Assembly (NCBI GenBank): GCA_951406725.2
Contig: OX597815.1
Location: 192,758,001 to 192,822,000 of the forward strand
DNA length: 64,000 nt
Direction: 5' to 3'
Source: Octopus vulgaris
Taxonomy: Eukaryota
This document shows positions 1 to 12,905 of this stretch, piece after piece. The position numbers were made by a program, and so were the translations under genes. The notes beneath the pieces were generated by a model. That model ran no database searches, had not been told where the DNA came from, and saw only the letters and a program-made list of their open reading frames with translations. Every line of letters begins with the position of its first letter. The stretch's first letter is position 1.

Positions 1-962
1 TATGGTGATGATGCCCCATCATATGACCTTGTAAGACGCTGGCATTGTGAATTCAAACATGGTCGGAACTCTGTGGAAACAGCTCCTAAATCTGGTCGCC
101 CCACTTCTGCATTGATGAGGCATCTGTCCATCAAGTTGAGGCTGCCATTTTGGAAGATCGACGCATAACTATTCGCCAAATAGCACATGAGGTCAAGATT
201 AGTACTGGGTCTGTGGAAACTATCATTCATGACCATTTGCATATGCAAAAGGTGTCTGTCAGATGGATTCCCAGGTTGCTCACACCTTTCCAGAAGCAAG
301 AACGCGTTGAGTGCTCGAGAATGAATTTGGAGATGTGCCAAGAAGACGAGTCAAAATTTTTCAAAAGACTGATTACACAGGATGAAACCTGGGTCCATCA
401 CTATGATCCAGAGACCAAAGCCCAGTCAATGCAGTGGAAGCACTGTGACTCACCTCCTCCAAAGAAGGCAAGGGTGCAGCCCTCCGCTGGCAAGGTCATG
501 CTCACTGTCTTCTGGGACCAGGATGGAGTAGTGATGACAGATTTCCTGGCAAAGGGTACCACAATTGCAGGAGCTTATTATGCTTCACTTTTGAGGAAAT
601 TAAGAGAAGTTATCAAAATCAAGAGGCGGGGCAAGATCAGCAAAGGCATCCTCCTCCTGCAGGACAACGCTCCGGTCCACAACTCATGTGTCACCAGATC
701 AGAAGCACAGACATGCGGCTATGAACTCCTACCCCATCCCCACTACCCTCCTGACCTTGCACCCTCTGATTTTCACCTCTTCCCAGCCATGAAGTTGTTT
801 TTGAAAGGAAAGCGTTTCCCAGATGATGCAGCCTTGATTTCTGAAGTCACATCGTGGTTGGAGGACGAAGCTGGGGTCTTCTACAAAAACGGTCTCCAGA
901 GCTGCATCAAATGATGGGAGAAATGCGTAACTCTGAGTGGTTCCTATGTAAAAAAAGACTAA
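1..962 (+). pseudogene. mariner transposase pseudogene
   Basis: Frame 1 reads YGDDAPSYDLVRRWHCEFKHGRNSVETAPKSGRP, then a frameshift near 110 leads into ORF 150-914. TGA at 912-914 is premature (probably CGA>TGA): the frame continues WEKCVTLSGSYVKKD* to 962. Confidence 0.9.
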
Positions 963-1034
963 TAACTGTGCCAAGTTTCATTGCTCTACTCTATGGGAAG
1001 TGGGTCAGGGGCATTACTTATTAAACGCCCCTCG

Positions 1035-1036
<2 letters not shown>
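1..1036 (+). mobile_element. Tc1/mariner (DD34D-type) transposon, cut at the 5' end by the window edge, with 3' TIR
   Basis: Transposase motifs WIPRLL, TQDETW, LQDNAPVH and YPPDLAPSDFHLF. The element ends ...ggggcattacttattaaacgcccctcg|TA at ~1009-1036, followed by (TA)n. Confidence 0.93.
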
Positions 1037-1067
<31 letters not shown>

Positions 1068-1305
1068 AAAAACAAATGTATATAACTCATTATTTCTGTC
1101 TTGTAAAAACATGCCCTCTTAACTGGGTAGTGCAACCATGGATTTACAAACTGAGTGGTGATGGACTTTGACTTCAGCCTCTGACCTAGCATTACTTGAA
1201 GTACAATACCAACCACAAAATATTTTTGTTAGCCTGGTGTGTACTTATTTACAGAGAGCTTAAGAAGTATTTTTTCTGAATCACTATCCCTTATTAACCC
1301 CTCTG

Positions 1306-1344
<39 letters not shown>

Positions 1345-1547
1345 AAAAACCCACTATTATGTAATTCAAACAATGATATACATAAACCAAATCATTAAAA
1401 AATATAATAATAGTGTTTTTTCTGTAATTTATATATATTATAAATTTATATTGTGAAATTTGATTTAATACTAAATTGAATTTTTCCCTGTAAGTTTTGA
1501 GTTATACTCCCTAATATTATTATTATAATATATATGTATATATACAT

Positions 1548-1584
<37 letters not shown>

Positions 1585-1676
1585 CAAAAATTTAGATTCA
1601 AATGAATATGGTAATTAATTTAGATGCACCAGAATTCTGTATGGTGTTATCCATAAAAATCCGTGGGGTAATTCTA

Positions 1677-2030
1677 ATCAAAATAAGCAACAAGAATGAC
1701 TCCGGTAATTTGGTACGATCATTTCGTACAACATCATTTTATTAAATGTTGTAAGTATTACAACAGTTTTAAAATGCTGAGCACTCATCAGCCAATTATA
1801 GAGGTTTTCCATTAATACAAAAATTTTCATATCAAGTGGCAATTTCTCTACCTTCTCTATAATGTTGCCACTTGATATAAAATTTTTTGTATTAATGGAA
1901 AACCTCTATAATTGGCTGATGAGTGCTCAGCATTTTAAAACTGTTGTAATAATTACAACATTTAATAAAATGATGTAGTATGAAACAATTGTACCAAATT
2001 ACCGGAGTAATTCTTATTGCTTATTTTGAT
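1677..2030. repeat. long inverted repeat (foldback), ~165-bp arms and ~22-nt loop
   Basis: 1677-1842 is the near-perfect reverse complement of 1865-2030. (TA)n tracts lie on both sides. Confidence 0.9.
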
Positions 2031-2590
2031 ATATCTATCTATCTATATATATATATATATATATATTTGTATATACATGTATATACAAGTTCCTTCAGCT
2101 GATGGCAACCAATTTTCCAGTGTCAGCACAGGATGCCAGCTTACAGCTTCCATGAAGTTTGACTGAACCCCTAAACTATGTAATTGCATGTAATGCCTGT
2201 GCTTCGTTTTAAACTGGTTTCTTTACGGTAATGTTTATGATATAAAAGGGAAATTAAAATATTGAAATATAAGACATCATTTCATCAGAAATAAAGGTTA
2301 CAGCATCTATTTGGTTGTATAAAACAGGTGCTGTAAAGAAGTTGCATATTAGGAAAGAGTAATGTATATACACATACATGTAAGATATACATATACACAT
2401 ACATTCATCATCATCATCATCATCATCATTTAGCGTCCGTTTTCCATGCTACATATATATATATATATAATTATATATAAAAATATATTTATAAATATAT
2501 ATATATATATAATTATTTATATATATATAAATATATATTTATAAATATATATATATATATAAATATATATATAAACATGCATACATACAC

Positions 2591-2622
<32 letters not shown>

Positions 2623-2692
2623 TATATAACATTTCGTCTTTGGATTTGGTTAGTAAGATTCTTTATATGAGTTCATGTGTTGAAGCATACTC

Positions 2693-2893
2693 TGTTGTGC
2701 CTGGGAAGAGTCATTTTCTTTTTGTGCCTTATAATATAATACACTCACCGGTAAAATTTCCACTTTTTTCTTATTTTTTATTTTCCAAAATTTCCGTTGC
2801 GTCTTGCAACCTTTTCAATACTTTTGAGTCAAAACCGGTGAGTGTGTTATATTACAAGGCACAAAAAGAAAATGGCTCTCCCCAGACACAACA
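2693..2893. repeat. inverted repeat, ~60-bp arms
   Basis: tgttgtgcctgggaagagtcattttctttttgtgcctt...caccggt (2693-2752) pairs with accggtg...aaggcacaaaaagaaaatggctctccccagacacaaca (2834-2893). Confidence 0.8.
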
Positions 2894-3272
2894 TAATATA
2901 TATAACATATATATATATCATAATATATATGTATATACTACGTATACATATATGTATACACACTTAACTATCATCATCATTATTATTATAATTAATATTT
3001 GAGAACAAATGAAATATATGGACAAGACCTAGAGAAGAGAGAGCAGTACTCACAAGATGACAGCAAGCTGGGGGGTTGTCCTAAAGGCAGATAGAAAGAG
3101 ATGATAATTGACTAAGCAGGGTTCAAGTGGACAGTAAAAGCACACATTTTAACAGAAACGGAAGAAAAAAAAACATAACAGAGTCATCACTATTTTGCAA
3201 CAACTCATTAAAAATACAAGACAGTCATGCAGAAAGTCACTGATGACTTTGAAAAATTTAATTGTATATATG

Positions 3273-3662
3273 TATATATATAAAGTTGAAGTTGTCTGTG
3301 TATGGCAGGTTTGGTAGCCTTCAACTGACACTATCTTCTACGAGACACTGTGGCGCAAGTTGACCAAAATTGAGAGTATGGTAGAAGAAGGCTTGCTCTT
3401 CCTTCTGTAGAAGAAAAAATTCAAATCGGACCATGTTAACACCAAAAATTATTTACATCAAAAAGGTTGCTTTTTTTCTATGAAAATCCCTATATTTTAC
3501 GATTTTTTGACTGCTGTGTCACCATTTTTTGGTGTATTTCAACCTAGAAAAATGTTCACTTAAAGAGAATAACAAGCTACATAATGCAAAATTTTTACTT
3601 TTCAAAAATTCCAATTCCAAAGGGTCGAAACAAATCTGAGCAACGCCGGGCAATACTGCTTG
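3273..3662 (+). mobile_element. non-autonomous Helitron-like element (same family as 47981-48624)
   Basis: Starts tatataaagttgaagttgtctgtg. The 3' end gagcaacgccgggcaatactgcttg is a degenerate hairpin + CTAG. Colinear with 47981-48624. Confidence 0.7.
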
Positions 3663-3663
3663 T

Positions 3664-3711
<48 letters not shown>

Positions 3712-3871
3712 ACATATATATATATATATTTCATGTTATGCTAAGAAGTGATGGATGGTACCAGAATTTTGGACTCGAGTCAAGTATAACTAACTACTCC
3801 AAATCACTGTTAAAGTATCCACGTAAATGGAGTCAAGGTTGGCTAGTTTGTACTGGCATCGAGTTGTATTG

Positions 3872-4207
3872 GTTGTAATAACGAAGTCAAACCAAATCCA
3901 GTTTTTCCAGCAGTTATATTTAGTTTATCCGATTTTTGAATCTGATTGATATCTCTGAGATTCTCTGTTATGGAATTTGATATTCCTGGTCATATATGAA
4001 GGATGTCCAACCACCTGCTTGACCAGTTTGAGAAAGACATTCTAAATATCATAGAGAATATGATATTTTGTGTGCATGTAATTCTTTAACAGATGCAGTC
4101 CACTCCAGCAGAAATGCAGAGATATTATTAAATGGATTAAAAAATCAGATAAACTACATACAATTGCAGACACATAACTGGATTTGGTTTGACTTCATTA
4201 TAACAAC
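3872..4207. mobile_element. MITE with ~85-bp imperfect terminal inverted repeats
   Basis: gttgtaataacgaagtcaaaccaaatccagtt... pairs with ...aactggatttggtttgacttcattataacaac. Complementarity continues inward (tttatccgattttt / aaaaatcagataaa). Confidence 0.7.
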
Positions 4208-4455
4208 TTTTATATATATATATATATAAAATTAATATTTATGAGAGTGTGTGTATGCGTACATGTACATATATATACAAACACAAATTTATATATATTT
4301 ATATGTATGTATAAAGAAGACAAGCACAAATGACATTCCTTATTAGTAGAGGAGTTATTATCTATGGATAAGGCACATATAAAGAAAATGTATGAAAGAA
4401 ATCAAATATTGCCCTCAATGTAACTTAGCTAAAAATCATCATCATCATGTTTATA

Positions 4456-5073
4456 TCATAATATATAAATCTCGTTCTGTCTGTCTGTCTGTTTGAGTGC
4501 TTATAGCTCAAGTATTGTTCATTCAATCGCGCTGAAATTTTAAACATAAGAGAGCGGGGCATTCTGTAATCTAAAAGGATTTTCAAAATTGTTAGTTTCA
4601 AAGTGAGAATCGCTATTTTTGTAATCTTTTTGTCCTGTTTGTTCCACCATTAAAAGCAATTAGTTTGCTCAGACAGCTGGCACATACCATTTCGCTAGCA
4701 ACAAGGGGAGTACAGGATGACACTCAGCCAAAATTGCCGTGATACTGTCTCTCTTCTTTCCTCTCTCTGTCTCTCTTATGATGTCTGATTCCACTTGAAG
4801 TTGTATATATATTGTGTTATGATTCATTATCACTCAATTATCCTTATTGAGAAGAAACAGTCAAAAGTAACTGCCACATACAATCACCAGACATCTCCAC
4901 TACTTAACACCATCCAAGTTAACCCTCTTCACCATTACAGCTGGCATGAAAAACTACGAGGAAAAGGCAACCATTTTAATTAAGCAAAAAAGAAAAAATT
5001 GATTGCTATTAAAACACGTAAAAGAGTAAACTATGTCATTTTAATCCTGAGCAACACCGGGTATCCCTGCTAG
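4456..5073 (+). mobile_element. non-autonomous Helitron-like element
   Basis: 5' TC start followed by (TCTG)n. The 3' end cctgagcaacaccgggtatccctgCTAG sits in an A|T target. Confidence 0.7.
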
Positions 5074-5079
5074 TTAATT

Positions 5080-5126
<47 letters not shown>

Positions 5127-5129
<3 letters not shown>

Positions 5130-5434
5130 TTGGGCCTCACAGAGGCAATGATCAAGACTTTTGGCATTATGTTGTGCTTGAGAAGAAGACCCATCAAGCC
5201 GAGCAAAATTGCAGTCGTGGCAGATACCAGTGTCATGCAAATGGCACCCAAGCTGGTGGCGCGTGAAAGCACCCATTACACTCTCAGAGTAGCTGGCATT
5301 AGGAAGGGCATCCAGCCATAAAAAAAAAACCATGCCAAATCAGACTGGAGCCTGGTGCAGCCTTCCAGCATGCCAGCCCAGTCAAACCATCCAACCCATG
5401 CCAGCATGGACAACAGATGTTAAATGATGATGAT
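5127..5434 (+). mobile_element. 5'-truncated RTE-type LINE 3' end, (GAT)n-tailed family
   Basis: Begins with the RTE ORF C-terminus-like LGLTEAM..., followed by the family block aagcacccattacactc...ggcattaggaagggcatccagc and a (GAT)n tail. Confidence 0.7.
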
Positions 5435-5491
<57 letters not shown>

Positions 5492-5584
5492 GTTTGTGTG
5501 TGTGTGTGTGTGTGTGCTGAAAAGCTTAATTTAAAACAGCTGAGGCAGTATTGGCAGGAATGCTTATTTGTTGCTTTATTGGTC

Positions 5585-5907
5585 GTGCCGGTGGCACGTA
5601 AAAAGCATCATCCGAGCGTGGCCATTCGCCAGCCTCGTCTGGCACCTGTGTCGGTGGCACATAAAAAACACCATCCGAGCATGGCCGTTCGCCAGCCTTG
5701 TCTAGCACCTGTGTCGGTGGCACATAAAAAGGACCCACTACACTCACGGAGTGGTTGGCGTTAGGAAGGGCATCCAGCTGTAGAAACACTGCCAAATCTG
5801 ACTGGCCTGGTGCAACCTTCGGGCTTCCCAGACCCCAGTTGAACCGTCCAACCCATGCTAGCATGGAAAGCGGACACTAAACGATGATGATGATGATGAT
5901 GATGATG
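5585..5907 (+). mobile_element. (GAT)n-tailed RTE 3'-end/SINE copy with ~60-bp internal tandem units
   Basis: Three GTGYCGGTGGCACRTAAAAA units, then ...catggaaagcggacactaaac(GAT)n. Confidence 0.8.
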
Positions 5908-6410
5908 TAACTCTGATGTGTTCATGAGCAAACTGCAGCCACCAGGCTGCATGTGTCCTATCTGATGATGCGTCATGTTTCATGCGACCCACTTCTCAAA
6001 AGAGGTTGCCCATCTCAGTTCTGATGAATAGTTGGGCAACTACTTATGATGCAGTCTTCATGTCATTCAGATGAGGAAATACACTGGAGTAATTTCTCCA
6101 TCACATTCTCCAGATCCACAGTAGCACTTGCACTTAGTGCTGGTTAAGAACTAATAAAACACTAGTCTACAATGACTTAGCAGTGAACTATGCCCTCAGC
6201 AGAACCTGTGATGAGCTGCAGTTAAGTATCTCAACTGCAGATATACTGCAGTGATAGTAACATATGCACATTCCAGCCTCTCAGTTGGCTGTCTCATAAT
6301 TTCATCAGTTCAGTCACTGTTTCTAGGCCAAACTTAACCAAACAGTCCAAAGGCTTTTGAGATGTGTTAATCCTATTTTTTATATATACATAAGATTATC
6401 CAATAAGCAC

Positions 6411-6860
6411 ATCATCATCATCATCATTTAACGTCCACTTTCCATGCTAGCATGGGTTGGACGATTTGACTGAGGACTGGTGAACCAGATGGCTGCACCA
6501 GGCTCCAATCTTATCTGGCAGTGTTTCTACAGCTGGATGCCCTTCCTAACACCAACCACTTCGAGAGTGTAGTGGGTGCTTTTACGTGCCACTGGCACGA
6601 GGGCCAGTCTGGCGGTACTGGAAATGGTCATGCTCAAAATGGTGTTTTTTATGTGCCACCTGCACAGGAGTCAGTCCAGTGGCACTGGCAACGTCCTCAC
6701 TCAATTGTTTTGTTCACGTGCCAGTAAGGCGACACTGGTAACAATCATGCTCAAATGGTGTTTTTTACGTGCCCGCCAGCATGGAAGCCAGACAGCTGCT
6801 CTGGCAGTGATCCCGCTCGGATGGAGCTGTTAGCCCTCCACTGGCATGGGTGCCAGTCAT
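6411..6860 (-). mobile_element. (GAT)n-tailed RTE 3'-end/SINE copy
   Basis: Reverse complement of the same family, with (CAT)n at the left end and several ttttacgtgccac units. Confidence 0.8.
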
Positions 6861-7562
6861 CAAATTTGGTTCGATTTCAATCCATTTTTAAAATAGCAGA
6901 GTGTATTTGAGGGATTTCTCGCACTTGTTTCTCATTTGCCAAACAACCACAAAGAGATGCTTTAGTTGGGCTGCATGTCCAGAAACTGAAATCTTAGTTT
7001 TGAACATTAGTATTAGACATTACAAGTTTTTCGTTTGTGCCTCATGTTTTACACTAGTAACATAAACTCATTCATGAAGATAGTGGTGTCCCTGATGTAA
7101 GGTTAAGTTTCCAACAAGCTTTATCGGGGACAAGATTTCAATTTCCAGTTGAAGCTATTTCACTTCAGTTATGCTGCAAACAATCTTGAAATAGGATTGA
7201 ATGTTTGTCATGTCTCTCAAGTCTTGGAATAATGTAAGAAATCAATAGTTATTATGAAAACGGAATACTCTGCATCATAGTTTTCAGTATAAACACACAA
7301 AAACACACATACACATGTATATAAGTCTCTAAGTATCAAAACTACAAAAAAAAAGGCAAAATAAATACAAGACAAAAATTACAAAATTACAATATTTCAC
7401 TTTTAATTAATTTCACACATTAATAATTAACACTCGATTCATAACACAATCTCAGTACTTTAAAATTAAAGCAGGAATTAATTTCCCATCAGAGAAGTTG
7501 TTTGTAGACAACTCTGGCTCTTTTCAACAAGCATTGATTCAATAACATTTCTAAATAACTTA

Positions 7563-7750
7563 AGGTGGTGAGCCAGCAGAACCATTAGTGCACCAGGCAA
7601 AATGCTTAATGGCATTTCGTCCATTTTCACATTCTGAGTTCAAATTTCACCAAGATCAACTTTGCTTTTTATCCTCTTGGGGGTCGATCAAAAAAGGTTA
7701 CACCCTCCTCTGAAATTGCTGGCCTTGTGCCAAAATTTGAAATCAATATT
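7563..7750 (+). mobile_element. degenerate SINE of the 'GGCAGAAACGTTAGC...GTCGACTTTGCCTTTCATCC' family
   Basis: Aligns by eye with 32850-33078 and 45454-45680. Confidence 0.6.
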
Positions 7751-7841
7751 TCTAAATAACTTACCAACCACTCCTAATAAATTCTAAGATCAGCTCACAG
7801 CCTTACAGAGCATGGATATTCATTAAGAGGTAGATCTTTCA

Positions 7842-8187
7842 CCCTTTCGTTATCCCAACCCGGCTGAAACCACCTCTGGCTCTGTAGTACAAATGTCTTC
7901 GTTTCATAAGTCTTGAATTAAAATCTTCCACCAAACCTTAGTCACAATTTGTGTTCCTAACACTAGCTTAGTGATAATTAAGTTATTTTACTAAATTCTT
8001 TGAGCCCTGACTTCCTGAAACTTATTTTACTATATACCTGGCACACCACAGGGGCTACAGTATAGAGCGGTGCTATGGTATAGAGAAAAATAAACCATCC
8101 ACCCATAAACTGGTGCTACAGGCTCAAAGGGTTAAGACAGTTGAAAGAAACACAGAGCATCTCAAAATAAAAACAGTAACAAAAGGG
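7842..8187. mobile_element. piggyBac-type MITE carrying a nested smaller element
   Basis: ccctttcgtta...gtaacaaaagggTTAA, homologous to 52294-52505. An extra segment at ~8000-8135 is bounded by ctttgagcc / ggctcaaagggttaa. Confidence 0.7.
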
Positions 8188-10810
8188 TTAAATGATCAGA
8201 GTTCATATAGAAGAACAATCTCTAAAAATGTTATAAAACCATTTCAGTATTTCTATGTCTATCCCCCTCACAATCTTATACACTCTCTCTCCTCAACTCT
8301 CACTTTTATTCACTATCTCAGTCATGTTGGCTTGAATGTACAGAGATAATACAAGACAGACAGGACACTTTAATCTTGCCAAAGGGAAGATAACTAAGTC
8401 TCTAGAGGTGATGCCACAACAGAATTGCACCCAGTACATTTTGTGAGGTGTTGACATTAAGGAAGGCATTCAGCGATGGAAAAAATACCAAAAGTGGTGT
8501 TTACAGAAAAGATATGGACCCCAGCCAATCAAGAAGAACAGTAACTCCAAATAAGAACTGATTTGGGAAATGGACTGTAAATGATGATGATGATGATGAT
8601 GACGATGATGATAATGATGATGATGATGATGATGATGAAAAACAAATATCATCTTGAATTTATAGAAATATTCCATCTCCTTTGTTTTAATAAAATCTTT
8701 TGAAATATGTTCGTTACCTTAATTTATAAGTTTTATTATTATCATTATCATGTTGTTATCTGTGAGTGATTTTTTTTTAAAGAAAATATTGATTAACCAT
8801 AACAAGCAATGCAATTAGACCATTTCCTTCAGTACAAATAAAGACTAATGTTCTATTAGAAGACGAACCTAAAACTGAAAATAGAAATGTTATCTTATCT
8901 GACCCCTTATAACAAATAAAAATTACATATAAAACCACTTTCTGACTGATCACAATCTTAAATGGAAAGCATTATATTTTAAAGAAATTACATTTCTCAA
9001 AAAGAAGCAAAAACAAAAACAAAAAAGAAAACCATTCAGAAGTAGATATGAAATGATAAATAGACATAAGAGAAACTTCTAAATCTTCAACCATATAGAA
9101 TATTAATGATTAATATTAAATGAACAGCATTAATTGTTTTTGACAGAATGAAATGGTTAGCTTACAGAATCATTATCGAACAAGATTATCTACTGTTTAA
9201 TTTACACGAGAATGTTGGGTCATTTATAATCTAATAAATCAATTTTATTAGATATTATATTAAAATGGTATCTTTTTTATGACAGTTGCAGTCTCTAAAA
9301 ATAGCATTTTCTCTTATTTAAGAGTTCTCAATTGCATACAGACATGTGCATACAATCCAAAACAACTATATGTTAAAACAATATTCCTATAAGATGATAG
9401 TGATAAGCTGTTTCTTATCAATAGTAATTTCTACTGCAAGCATAACTAAAAATTTGGAAAGGAATTTTATATCTGATCTCAGTGCAAGACTAAAACGTAT
9501 TTTATTGACCTCGGGGAACGTAAAATAGAAGCCAATTTATTTGCAAGGGTAGAAGAAAATAATCAACTAAATTAACATCGATGTAGAATTGATATTTGTT
9601 TTAAAGAATCCTAAAAGATCAACATGGACTTGAACAGAATTCTTTCTCAAAATATAGCAAAGGAAAACAAAAATATATATTCTGATATCCTACTGTTACT
9701 GCAACACACTGTAATCCATACATGTAGTTGTTCAACTTTTAGAAATATAAGCCAAATCCCATTCAAATTGAACCCTACTTCTTCAAAAAAAAAAAAGATG
9801 CTACATTGGCTAATTTGAAACACCTTTGATCATAGACTTGCTGTGTCAGGGTTAACCTAGGGGCTAAATAGCAAGTCATCTTCTTAACAAAAAAATTTGT
9901 AAGGCATCAAAAGCCATTCGTGGAGGTAATTTTAAATTTATATTTCACTGCTACGTGTAGATCTTTATGCCTGGAAGCAAAACAAAAAGTTCACCTAAGA
10001 CTTGAAAAAAAAATCAATCTCCACAAATGTAGTTCTATGGAAAAGATTTAGAAAAGACTGAAATTCCATCAAACATAGATATTTTATTGTACCTTGATAT
10101 TAATTACAAGGCTTATTGCTTACTTTATGTTAACCTTTCCATCTGAAAAACAAAAAGAAAAATGACAAAGTTGAAAGGTTTCTCCATTTTGTTTTCCTTC
10201 CATTGTTTATGATTTGTGTCATTTGTCAAATATCAAAGATAGAAGTTAGACATTTGGAGGTCAAGGTAGCTTATCTTTCATTCGACATTACACACACACA
10301 TACACACATGTATGTATGTTACTACCTTGCAACTGAGTGCATCTGTTTGGATGCATGCGTGCTTCTATGTCTGTTTGTACATATATATATATGTAACAGT
10401 AGTAGTCGCTTGCAGAGAATCTCGCTAGCGCAAGCAAAGTAGGAAGAAAGTGAACGCTAAAACATTGATATTTCTCAAGTAAGATCTAGAATCCTAAGAG
10501 ATTAGTGGCAGTCTGCATCAGCAAAAGTTAATCTAACAAAGATCATAGATAGGAGACAACGAAAATAATTAACTTGCCAAGGAATGAAAAATCTGTTTCA
10601 GACACTTGTCCTTCAGAGTGAAAAAATACAGAGACCACTACAGCAGTCACAAAGAATTAATGTTTATAATTGAGAATTCAACATAATGTACTTCCTAGCC
10701 AAGGTAGTAACTTAAGTGTATACGGTTAAATTCATTAAGTAGAAATGCCAATTGTTTAGACCTGGGTCAGGCCAGATTAAGCAAACTTATGATGAATGGG
10801 GTTCTAGCTA

Positions 10811-11100
10811 AAAGAAAAAGAAAAAAAAAGTGGCATTCCATTGGTTCAATGGAACAGCCTGCTCATGAAATTAAAGTGCAAGTGGCTGAGCACTCCACAG
10901 ACACGTGTACCCTTAATGTAGTTCTCAGGGAGATTCAGCATGAAAACACAGAATGTGACAAGGCTGACCCTTTGAAATACAAGTACAACCCACGTGAAAT
11001 GAAGTACCTTACTCAAGGTCACAACACACAGCTGAGAATTGAACTCATGGCCTTATGTTTATGAGCCGAATACCCTAACCAAGCCATATGCCTTCACACA
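10811..11100 (-). mobile_element. tRNA-derived SINE with a 38-bp flanking duplication
   Basis: Minus-strand tRNA-like head (ggttagggtattcggctc...gagttcaattc). Direct repeat cagattaagcaaac(t/c)tatga(t/a)gaatgg(g/a)gttctagcta at 10773-10810 and 11101-11138. Confidence 0.7.
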
Positions 11101-11259
11101 CAGATTAAGCAAACCTATGAAGAATGGAGTTCTAGCTATGACCATTTTGGCTTTGTGTTGATCCAATTTTTAAAATGACAGGCTGTGATTTAAGAGAATT
11201 TGACAGTTATTTCTTGTATACCAAGTCATTGGCTCATGTTTGTATAAATGCATGTACAT

Positions 11260-11697
11260 TCGAGTGTGATCGTTACCAGCGTCACCTTACTGGCACCTGT
11301 GCCCGTGCTTGTAGGGTGCTAAGAGCACCATCCGAGCGTGATCGTTGCCAGAGCAGCCAACTGGCTTCCGTGCCAGTGACATGTAAAAGGGCACCATTCG
11401 AGTGTGATCATTACCAACATCACCTTACTGGCACCTGTGCCGGTGGCATGTGTAAAAAGATTCGAGCGCAGTCGTTGCCAGTATCGCCCTGACTGGCCCC
11501 CATGCCAGTGGCACGTAAAAAGCACCCACTACACTCTCGGAGTGGTTGGAGTTAGGAAGGGCATCCAGCTGTAGAAACTCTGCCAGATCAAGATTGGAGC
11601 CTGGTGCAGCCATCTGGTTCGCCAGCCCTCAGTCAAAATCGTCCAACCCATGCTAGCATGGAAAGCGGACGTTAAACGATGATGATGATGATGATGA
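11260..11697 (+). mobile_element. (GAT)n-tailed RTE 3'-end/SINE copy with tandem units
   Basis: Closely similar to 15235-15742. (GAT)n tail at ~11678-11697. Confidence 0.85.
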
Positions 11698-12284
11698 TAT
11701 GTTTGTGAAACTGTGTATAATTAGCATAGCCTTTCATTTTCGGATTCACTTATCAACACATGATAGATTATTAAAGCACTGCTAATATATTACTGACCAG
11801 TATTGCTGCTTCACACACAAGCATCCAAGGTCGCAGAGAAATTAGGCCAAGAGGTTGATGGAGAAAAAGTCATTCACCAAAACTCCACAACTACCACTAC
11901 AACAGTTTCCACTCTTCTCAACTAAGATCTTGTATCACTTTTAATCTCGTTCACCTTTGCCCAACCCACCCAATCCACCTATCCTTCTTTTAGCTTTCAT
12001 CTCAAAACTTCAAACTAAAACACATTTTTCATTTCTTCCTTACTACAGCTGCAGTGCAGCTCCCAGGAATTCTTTCCCTTGTATCATATACTTTTTCTAT
12101 TTTTTGCTACCAATACTATTTTATAGAAATTCAAACGGATCATCAACTGCATAGAATTCACCATCCTAGGAGGACGCAACAGAGAGAATGGAGGATGTTT
12201 TATTTATGACTAGATAAAACAAAAAAGGAAACAGAAAAAGAAAAACATATATACATGCTGGTTAAACAATTAATAAGGTATCAT

Positions 12285-12675
12285 AGGTGCAGGAGCGGCT
12301 GTGTGGTAAGTAGCTTGCTTACCAACCACATGATTCTGGGTTCAGTTCCACTGCGTGGCACCTTGGGCAAGTGTCTTCTACTATAGCCTCGGGCTGACCA
12401 AAAGCCTTATGAGTGGATTTGGTAAACAGAAACTGAATAGAAGCCCGTAGTATATATATATATACTTGCCAGTACCGCCTGACTGACCCCCGTGCCGGTG
12501 GTACAAAAAAGCACCCACTACACTCTCCGAGTTGTTGGCGTTAGGAAGGGCATCCAGGTGTAGAAACTCTGCCAGATCAGACTGGAGTCTGGTGCAGCCA
12601 TCTAGTTCGCCAGACCTCAGTCAAATCGTCCAACCCATGCTAGCATGGAAAGCAGACGTTAAGTGATGATGATGA

Positions 12676-12723
<48 letters not shown>

Positions 12724-12905
12724 TTGTGTTCTGTGTTTGTCCCCCTACCATCACTTAACAACTGTTGGTGTGTTTACGTCCCCTTAACATAGCAGTTTGG
12801 CAAGGGTTACAAAGAACAAGTCCTAGGGCCAATTTGTTTAACTAAAAGCAGTGCTCCAGCATGGCCACAGTCAAATGACTGAAGCAAGTAAAAGAATAAA
12901 AGAAT
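12285..12905 (+). mobile_element. tRNA-derived CORE-like SINE with a nested (GAT)n-tailed element (12465-12679)
   Basis: Head ggtgcaggagcggctgtgtggtaag...gggttcagttcc, CORE-like ccttgggcaagtgtc, central (TA)n interrupted by the second element, tail caaatgactgaagcaagtaaaagaataaaag. Confidence 0.85.

Noticed and set aside
5910-6350. Moderately GC-rich unique-looking stretch as a further exon
   Set aside because: There is no sustained ORF and I found no convincing splice pair. It is probably an old repeat.
11260-11530. CRISPR-like repeat/spacer look of the GTGCCGGTGGCACGTAAAAAGCACC units (also 5585, 13757, 15235, 38560)
   Set aside because: The spacers are related to each other, the arrays sit in a dispersed retroelement 3' end, there are no cas genes, and the context is eukaryotic.
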